A stretch of 32,000 nt of DNA from sequence record OY101132.1, one strand, 5' to 3'. Below the pieces are notes generated by a model. The model searched no databases and was not told where the DNA came from. It saw only the letters and a list, made by a program, of their open reading frames with translations. Positions 17,650-26,975 of the stretch are shown here, piece by piece (position 1 is the stretch's first letter; each line of letters begins with the position of its first letter). The translations under genes were made by a program, and so were the position numbers.

Positions 17650-20600
17650 ATTTTACTCTTCTTTTTTCTCTCTGTATAGAGCGAAAATTTTGGTAAATAT
17701 TTTGAAAACAAAAAATCAATCAAGTTAAATCATTTACAGCCACAACAGTCACTATTTCCCCCTGTTTATTTTGCAAATATTTACTTTACTTTTAGTGAAA
17801 TACAAAACTTTTAGATTTAAAAAAATAAACTAAATCGTTATAATTGAACAAAATAATTCGTGATAAATTAAATTACTGCAATCATTTTTTAACATACCAA
17901 AATTTTCGACCTATAATTAGGGAAATTAAATTTAAGAAAATTTATCCTTTACAATATTCAAAAATTAAAGAGTATAAAAATTCTAAAACTGACAATATAG
18001 CATAATACAGATGCTTGTCTAAAAGTACTGATTAAGGTAACCCCCTTGATTTTAAACTTAAATGATATAAATTAAAATTTAATTCTTCCTATTCGACATA
18101 AATATAATTTACATCAACTATAATATTAGTCAACTTTGCTGTAATTAACTTGTTTCTTTCATTATCTTTATAAAGTTTTAGGTTTATTTTTCTCATTTTT
18201 AATATTTAACTTAAGTTGCCCTTTTCTCCTTCCCCTATATAGCTCAAAAATTTTGGTAAATATTTTGAAAACAAAAAATCAATCAAGTTAAATCATTTAC
18301 AGCCACAACAGTCACTATTTCCCCCTGTTTATTTTGCAAATATTTACTTTACTTTTAGTGAAATACAAAACTTTTAGATTTAAAAAAATAAACTAAATCG
18401 TTATAATTGAACAAAATAATTCGTGATTCATTAAATTACTGCAATCATTTTTTAACATACCAAAATTTTCGACCTATAATTAGGGAAATTAAATTTAAGA
18501 AAATTTATCCTTTACAATATTCAAAAATTAAAGAGTATAAAAATTCTAAAACTGACAATATAGCATAATACAGATGCTTGTCTAAAAGTACTGATTAAGG
18601 TAACCCCCTTGATTTTAAACTTATAATGAGATGAATTAAAATTTAATTCTTCCTATTCGACATAAATATAATTTACATCAACTATAATATTAGTCAACTT
18701 TGCTGTAATTAACTTGTTTCTTTCATTATCTTTATAACGTTTTAGGTTTATTTTTCTCATTTTTAATATTCAAGTTGCCCCTTCCCCCCTATGTAGAGTA
18801 AAAATTTTGGTAAATATTTTGAAAACAAAAAATTAATCAAGTTAAATCATTTACAGCCACAACAGTCACTATTTCCCCCTGTTTATTTTGCAAATATTTA
18901 CTTTACTTTTAGTGAAATACAAAACTTTTAGATTTAAAAAAATAAACTAAATCGTTATAATTGAACAAAATAATTCGTGATTCATTAAATTACTGCAATC
19001 GTTTTTTAACATACCAAAATTTTCGACCTATAATTAGGGAAATTAAATTTAAGAAAATTTACCCTTTACAATATTCAAAAATTAAAGAGTATAAAAATTC
19101 TAAAACTGACAATATAGCATAATACAGATGCTTGTCTAAAAGTACTGATTAAGGTAACCCCCTTGATTTTAAACTTAAATGATATAAATTAAAATTTAAT
19201 TCTTCCTATTCGACATAAATATAATTTACATCAACTATAATATTAGTCAACTCTGCTGTAATTAACTTGTTTCTTTCATTATCTTTATAAAGTTTTAGGT
19301 TTATTTTTCTCATTTTTAATATTTAATTTAAGTTGCCCTTTTCTCCTTCCCCTATATAGCTCAAAAATTTTGGTAAATATTTTGAAAACAAAAAATCAAT
19401 CAAGTTAAATCATTTACAGCCACAACAGTCACTATTTCCCCCTGTTTATTTTGCAAATATTTACTTTACTTTTAGTGAAATACAAAACTTTTAGATTTAA
19501 AAAAATAAACTAAATCGTTATAATTGAACAAAATAATTCGTGATAAATTAAATTACTGCAATCATTTTTTAACATACCAAAATTTTCGACCTATAATTAG
19601 GGAAATTAAATTTAAGAAAATTTATCCTTTACAATATTCAAAAATTAAAGAGTATAAAAATTCTAAAACTGACAATATAGCATAATACAGATGCTTGTCT
19701 AAAAGTACTGATTAAGGTAACCCCCTTGATTTTAAACTTATAATGAGATGAATTAAAATTTAATTCTTCCTATTCGACATAAATATAATTTACATCAACT
19801 ATAATATTAGTCAACTTTGCTGTAATTAACTTGTTTCTTTCATTATCTTTATAACGTTTTAGGTTTATTTTTCTCATTTTTAATATTCAAGTTGCCCCTT
19901 CCCCCCTATGTAGAGTAAAAATTTTGGTAAATATTTTGAAAACAAAAAATTAATCAAGTTAAATCATTTACAGCCATAACAGTCACTATTTCCCCCTGTT
20001 TATTTTGCAAATATTTACTTTACTTTTAGTGAAATACAAAACTTTTAGATTTAAAAAAATAAACTAAATCGTTATAATTGAACAAAATAATTCGTGATTC
20101 ATTAAATTACTGCAATCGTTTTTTAACATACCAAAATTTTCGACCTATAATTAGGGAAATTAAATTTAAGAAAATTTATCCTTTACAATATTCAAAAATT
20201 AAAGAGTATAAAAATTCTAAAACGGACAATATAGCATAATACAGATGCTTGTCTAAAAGTACTGATTAAGGTAACCCCCTTGATTTTAAACTTAAATGAT
20301 ATAAATTAAAATTTAATTCTTCCTATTCGACATAAATATAATTTACATCAACTATAATATTAGTCAACTTTGCTGTAATTAACTTGTTTCTTTCATTATC
20401 TTTACAGTATTTTAAGTTTATTTTTCTCATTTTTAATATTCAAAATATTCAAGTTGCCCCTTCCCCCTATATAGCTCAAAAATTTTGGTAAATATTTTGA
20501 AAACAAAAAATCAATCAAGTTAAATCATTTACAGCCACAACAATCACTATTTCCCCCTGTTTATTTTGCAAATATTTACTTTACTTTTAGTGAAATACAA

Positions 20601-20700
20601 AACTTTTAGATTTAAAAAAATAAACTAAATCGTTATAATTGAACAAAATAATTCGTGATTCATTAAATTACTGCAATCGTTTTTTAACATACCAAAATTT
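17650..20700. repeat. direct tandem repeat array, about 5.4 units with periods alternating 563/554/563/554/561 bp
   Basis: The anchor ttttggtaaatatttt occurs at 17688, 18251, 18805, 19368, 19922 and 20483. Units are over 95% identical by eye. Each unit has module S1 (about 217 nt, bounded by AAAATTTTGGTA and its reverse complement TACCAAAATTTT) and module S2 (about 340 nt, ending ...gttgcccc(t)tcccc(c)tatatag...). Confidence 0.95.
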
Positions 20701-21850
20701 TTACTCTATATAGGGGGAAGGGGCAACTTGAATATTTTGAATATTAAAAATGAGAAAAATAAACTTAAAATACTGTAAAGATAATGAAAGAAACAAGTTA
20801 ATTACAGCAAAGTTGACTAATATTATAGTTGATGTAAATTATATTTATGTCGAATAGGAAGAATTAAATTTTAATTTATATCATTTAAGTTTAAAATCAA
20901 GGGGTTACCTTAATCAGTACTTTTAGACAAGCATCTGTATTATGCTATATTGTCAGTTTTAGAATTTTTAATATTCAAAATATTCAAGTTGCCCCTTCCC
21001 CCTATATAGAGTAAAAATTTTGGTATGTTAAAAAACGATTGCAGTAATTTAATGAATCACGAATTATTTTGTTCAATTATAACGATTTAGTTTATTTTTT
21101 TAAATCTAAAAGTTTTGTATTTCACTAAAGTAAAGTAAATATTTGCAAAATAAACAGGGGGAAATAGTGATTGTTGTGGCTGTAAATGATTTAACTTGAT
21201 TGATTTTTTGTTTTCAAAATATTTACCAAAATTTTTGAGCTATATAGGGGAAGGAGAAAAGGGCAACTTAAATTAAATATTAAAAATGAGAAAAATAAAC
21301 CTAAAACTTTATAAAGATAATGAAAGAAACAAGTTAATTACAGCAAAGTTGACTAATATTATAGTTGATGTAAATTATATTTATGTCGAATAGGAAGAAT
21401 TAAATTTTAATTTATATCATTTAAGTTTAAAATCAAGGGGGTTACCTTAATCAGTACTTTTAGACAAGCATCTGTATTATGCTATATTGTCAGTTTTAGA
21501 ATTTTTATACTCTTTAATTTTTGAATATTGTAAAGGATAAATTTTCTTAAATTTAATTTCCCTAATTATAGGTCGAAAATTTTGGTATGTTAAAAAATGA
21601 TTGCAGTAATTTAATTTATCACGAATTATTTTGTTCAATTATAACGATTTAGTTTATTTTTTGAAATCTAAAAGTTTTGTATTTCACTAAAAGTAAACTA
21701 AATATTTGCAAAATAAACAGGGGGAAATAGTGACTGTTGTGGCTGTAAATGATTTAACTTGATTGATTTTTTGTTTTCAAAATATTTACCAAAATTTTTG
21801 AGCTATATAGGGGAATAATTTAAATATTAAGAATAAATATTTAAAGTTTA
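20701..21850. repeat. the same repeat family in inverted orientation (about 2 units), forming a large imperfect palindrome with the direct array
   Basis: The reverse-complement anchor aaaatatttaccaaaa occurs at 21216 and 21779 (spacing 563). Segment 20701-20965 is the reverse complement of the 3' part of S2. Segment 21016-21231 is the reverse complement of S1, including the unit-6-specific variant caacaatcac. Segment 21232-21575 is the reverse complement of a full S2. Confidence 0.9.
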
Positions 21851-22249
21851 AGTTTTGGGGTAGATATTGAATATTGTAAATGAAGAGAATATAAAATATG
21901 ATTAAGGTAGTTGAAGAAACGATAACTTTACCGACAAGCGATTGTTTTTTTTCAACTTGTCCGTTAGGACATCGGCCAGGGCAACGAGTCTTTTCTCTTT
22001 TGATATTCAATTAATGAGGGCTTTAAATTTTAACGTACAAATTTTTTTTATGGGATTCGGCAAACTCCAAATTTGAAAATGCTGAAAAAAGAATTCTTAG
22101 TCTTATTTTTCTTTTGTTGGATGCATCTTGAGCTGATTCTCATTTTTCATTAAATAAAGTTAACGTTCATTTGTTTTTGTTTCAAAAGCAGATGATTGTA
22201 ACTCTAGTGAAGAATAGTTAAAATTAAACCGGGATTTTTAATGTAGATA

Positions 22250-22620
22250 AAAAAATAGGGGATTAAATTTAAAATATTATGAAAATAAATAAGTATAAAT
22301 TTATTAAATATCGTTTGTATAAGTATAAGCTATAGTATCACTGCAATTTTATTGTAATTAATTTACTCATTTGTAATACGTAACTATTTTTTCTAGTCAT
22401 TTTTCATATTATGCTATTGTCGTTTGCTTTTCGATGTAGCTCTAAAATTTTGGTAAATATTTAAAAACAAAAATTAAAACTATTTTTGCTTACGTTTAAA
22501 TTTTATAGATCGTTGTTTTTTGAAAAAACGTATTAGAATGATAAATTTTTACAACAATTTTCTCAAATAGCAAAATTTTTGACCTACACGGAAGAGAAAA
22601 TTTTAAATATTAAAAATAAC
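22250..22620. repeat. strongly diverged copy of the repeat unit (inverted S2-like followed by a shortened S1-like) immediately upstream of cox1
   Basis: Segment 22437-22470, tgtagctctaaaattttggtaaatattt, matches the S2-tail/S1-start junction. Segment 22570-22590, agcaaaatttttgacctaca, matches the S1-end junction ataccaaaattttcgacctata. The interior is diverged and shorter. Segment 22255-22440 has scattered matches to inverted S2 (tagggg attaaattt, tattatgctattgtc). Confidence 0.5.
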
Positions 22621-22703
22621 AAAAGTTGAATTTAAAATACTATAAAAATAAATATTTTTGTGCAGATTATAATATTAATACAAAAAATTTAAATTCTAAA
22701 ATT

Positions 22704-22988
22704 ATGGAAACTAATTTAAACAAAACAACACTAGAAAAAGTAACAAGTTTTATTTTTCGATGGCTTTTTTCTACTAATCACAAAGATATTGGTACCTTGT
22801 ACATTATCTTCGGAGGTATTGCAGGTGTAGCAGGTACTGCTTTATCTCTTTATATCCGAATTACTCTAGCGCAACCAAATGGTAGCTTTTTAGAGTACAA
22901 CCATCATTTGTATAACGTGATCGTAACAGGTCACGCTTTTGTTATGATTTTTTTCATGGTTATGCCTGTATTAATTGGCGGTTTTGGT
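22704..22988 (+). CDS. cox1: cytochrome c oxidase subunit 1, exon 1
   Basis: [38 protein letters not shown]...[19 protein letters not shown]. The ATG at 22704 is the in-frame Met closest to the conserved [12 protein letters not shown]. The upstream in-frame start at 22626 cannot be excluded. The exon ends in T. Confidence 0.9.
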
Positions 22989-24156
22989 AGAATCCAACTT
23001 AACTTATAATATATTTTAAATGATTGTTAGTGAAAATTTTAAATCTTACTTGGCAGGTTTAATTGAAGGTGATGGTTCGTTTATAGTTCCTAGTGTAGCA
23101 CGAAGTAGTAAAAATCGAAAAAGATATGCAAAGATTAAAGTTGCATTTGTAAAAAAAGATGAACCACTTGCAGAGTGTCTTCAATCTTTCTACGGAGGTT
23201 ACTTTGAAAAACAGAAAAATTATATTGTTTGGATTATTTCGGCAAAAGAAGAAATTTTACAAATAGCTCAACACATTAATGGATATTTACGCACGCCTAA
23301 AATTAATGACTTTTACAAAATGATTGATTTTATGAGAGAGAATCTGGATAATTCAATTAAATTTAGCAAATTACCTTTAGATAATTCTTCTATTCATTCA
23401 AATTCTTGGCTGGCCGGCTTTGTTGACGCTGACGGTAATTTTAACATATCGATAACAGCTAGATCGAACAATAGAAAAAGAATACAAATTGCTTTTAGAC
23501 TTGAGTGTAAAGAATTTTACTCAAAAAACGCAATTCATGATTCAATAGAATTCTTAGAGTTTACATATATTTTTCATAAAATTGCTACAACTTTTCAACT
23601 TGGTTTTTATAAACGTACTAGACAATTCAAGCATCATAGTATTTTAATAGTATCAACATCTTTAATTACAAATGGTAATATTGTCGATTATTTTGAAAAA
23701 TTTCCTTTATTTTCTTCAAAATATTTAGATTACTTGAATTGGAAAAAAATATATAAAATGCAAGTAGAAAATACTCATTTAACTGAATTAGGTTTAAAAA
23801 CGTGTGAAGAAATTCAAAAAAATCATAATTCAACTCGCACTAGTTTTACGTGGACTCATTTAAATAATTTGTTTATTCAATAAGTTAAGTTAAAAAATAG
23901 TTGCCGTGGATAAATGAAAGTTTATCTATTATTATGTCGCTATATGCGGGAAGTGTCTTAGAGTTTATTATACGACTTGCTTAATTGAAAGAGCATACGT
24001 TTAAAAAATAATAAAATTGATTAATCCGCAGGAAACCAAAAGTTATAAATTCATTGTAACTTAGTAGGATCCTCAGAGACTACACGCGACACACTTAAGT
24101 AACATTTTGTTATATAGTGAAGATATAGTCCATATATTGTTGTAATGACAATATAG
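22989..24156 (+). mobile_element. cox1 intron 1, group I (1168 nt)
   Basis: It splits GGFG|[20 protein letters not shown]. The exon ends in U, the intron ends in G (atatag), and the core motif ccgcaggaaacc...ggatcctcagagactacacg lies at about 24027-24085. Confidence 0.85.
23020..23883 (+). CDS. double-motif LAGLIDADG homing endonuclease or maturase (287 aa)
   Basis: Motifs LAGLIEGDGSF and LAGFVDADGNF. The ORF is free-standing and not in frame with exon 1. Confidence 0.88.
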   Translation: MIVSENFKSYLAGLIEGDGSFIVPSVARSSKNRKRYAKIKVAFVKKDEPLAECLQSFYGGYFEKQKNYIVWIISAKEEILQIAQHINGYLRTPKINDFYKMIDFMRENLDNSIKFSKLPLDNSSIHSNSWLAGFVDADGNFNISITARSNNRKRIQIAFRLECKEFYSKNAIHDSIEFLEFTYIFHKIATTFQLGFYKRTRQFKHHSILIVSTSLITNGNIVDYFEKFPLFSSKYLDYLNWKKIYKMQVENTHLTELGLKTCEEIQKNHNSTRTSFTWTHLNNLFIQ

Positions 24157-25441
<1,285 letters not shown>

Positions 25442-25781
25442 TTACCCACCTCTTTCAGGTATTATTGCTCACTCTGGAGGTGCTGTTGATTTAGCAATTT
25501 TTAGTCTTCACTTATCAGGAGCAGCTTCAATTTTAGGAGCTATTAATTTTATTTGTACTATTGTGAATATGCGAACTGATAGTCTTCCTTTCCACAAATT
25601 ACCATTATTTGTTTGGGCAGTTTTTATCACAGCTATTCTTTTATTACTTTCTCTACCAGTTCTAGCCGGTGCTATAACCATGCTTTTAACTGATAGAAAT
25701 TTCAACACCACCTTTTTTGACCCCGCTGGTGGTGGTGACCCAGTTCTGTACCAACACTTATTTTGGTTCTTCGGTCACCCT
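25442..25781 (+). CDS. cox1: cox1 exon 3
   Basis: (V)[40 protein letters not shown]...[31 protein letters not shown]. Confidence 0.92.
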
Positions 25782-26875
25782 GTATTCTCGGGGTGTTAAA
25801 ACTCGACTGTATGCTGGAACCTCTTTGTTTAGAAATACTTTTATTTATTATCAATAAGTAAAATGTGAAAAAGTTCTAAGCCATAAAGACAATCAGCAGG
25901 AAACCCTTCTTATTTAAATGTAAATTGTCACGGGGATCCTCACAGACTATATGTCGAGATCTTTCAATTTTTATAAAATTTAATTATGTCCGGAAAAATA
26001 AAAAAGATATCTATCCATAGACCTTCTAAAAAAATTTATAATGATGAAATGGTTAGTCATTATTTAGCAGGCTTAATCGACGGTGATGGGCATATTAGTA
26101 CACAGTTCCACATTGTCATAGCTTTTAATAAAAGAGATAAAAAAGATGCTATAGCTTTACGAACTCGGTTAGGGTCGGGTCAAGTTCGCGATGATAAAAC
26201 CGCTAACTCCGTTAATTTCGTAATTTCCAATCCTGAGGCAGTAACTAGAATTGCTTTATCAATAAAAGATAAATTAAAACATCCTGTAAAAATTCATCAG
26301 TATAATACGCGGTTAGTACCAAAATTTAATATACCAGAAACTTCAACTAGTAATAAAATAAATTTTGATACGCCTTGGTTTACAGGGTTTTTTGAGGCCG
26401 ACGGTCATTTAGTAACCAAAATAGTAGATAGACGACCGAAGAAAAAAAATAAAGAAGTTAGATTGCTTGCTCAGATTGATCAAAAAGATTCGGTTTTATT
26501 AGAACAACTCTATATTTATTTTAAAGGCGGATATTTGGGTTATCGAGCATCACAAAAGACTTATTATTATTCAACAATTTCTTTCAAAAGAATGCACACT
26601 GTATTGAAGTTTTTTGATAAGTTTAGTTTACAATCTGCTTATAGTTATAGGATATATACTATTATGAGGAAAGCGTATATTATGGTTCAAAATGGAGAAC
26701 ATAAAACGGAGTTAGGCCTTAAAAAAATAGAAAAAATTACTGGACAGTTAAAAGGTCTGAGAAGACCAGAAAATTGAAAAGATATGATATAGTCGCGTCA
26801 ATCATGTGAATGGTTGAGTTATTTTTGATACGGTCGTTAAAACGATTGAAATGTATTAGAAATACAAGATTTACG
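25782..26875 (+). mobile_element. cox1 intron 3, group I (1094 nt)
   Basis: It splits FGHP|EVYILILP. The exon ends in U and the intron ends in G (g26875). The core motif atcagcaggaaacc...ggatcctcacagactatatg lies at about 25895-25955. Confidence 0.85.
25986..26777 (+). CDS. double-motif LAGLIDADG homing endonuclease or maturase (263 aa)
   Basis: Motifs LAGLIDGDGHI and FTGFFEADGHL. Confidence 0.88.
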   Translation: MSGKIKKISIHRPSKKIYNDEMVSHYLAGLIDGDGHISTQFHIVIAFNKRDKKDAIALRTRLGSGQVRDDKTANSVNFVISNPEAVTRIALSIKDKLKHPVKIHQYNTRLVPKFNIPETSTSNKINFDTPWFTGFFEADGHLVTKIVDRRPKKKNKEVRLLAQIDQKDSVLLEQLYIYFKGGYLGYRASQKTYYYSTISFKRMHTVLKFFDKFSLQSAYSYRIYTIMRKAYIMVQNGEHKTELGLKKIEKITGQLKGLRRPEN

Positions 26876-26975
26876 GAAGTTTATATTTTAATTTTACCAG
26901 CCTTTGGTATCATTAGTCACATTGTTGTAAGTGCAGCTAGAAAACCTATTTTTGGTTATTTAGGAATGGTTTACG
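26876..26975 (+). CDS. cox1: cox1 exon 4
   Basis: [33 protein letters not shown] plus the first base of the Ala codon. Confidence 0.92.

Noticed and set aside
17522-17719. A 65-aa minus-strand ORF.
   Set aside because: It overlaps tRNA-Glu and the edge of the repeat array, and its start is non-ATG. It is spurious.
17650-21850. The regular repeats could suggest a CRISPR array or a satellite encoding something.
   Set aside because: The period is about 554-563 bp with no short repeat/unique spacer alternation. There is no ORF longer than about 70 codons and no cas genes. The context is a mitochondrial intergenic region.
21786-22010. A 74-aa minus-strand ORF in the unique part of the intergenic region.
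   Set aside because: It shows no recognisable motif and begins inside degenerate repeat sequence. It is short and compositionally biased. I cannot support it as a gene, though RNA-seq could revisit it.
21900-22250. Unique, slightly GC-richer non-coding sequence with a small hairpin (GACAAG…CTTGTC at about 21935-21965), considered as a possible small RNA or tRNA.
   Set aside because: No T-loop, acceptor pairing or other RNA-family signature was visible, and the hairpin is short with a large loop. It is left unassigned.
22626-22703. An upstream in-frame extension of cox1 ([26 protein letters not shown]).
   Set aside because: It is low-complexity and AT-driven, and it overlaps the degenerate repeat edge. 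ATG 22704 is closer to the conserved start. It cannot be fully excluded.
25508-25711. Minus-strand ORFs at 25508-25711, 27980-28177 and 30108-30356.
   Set aside because: They are antisense to cox1 exon 3, the group II RT ORF and a LAGLIDADG ORF respectively. They are artefacts.
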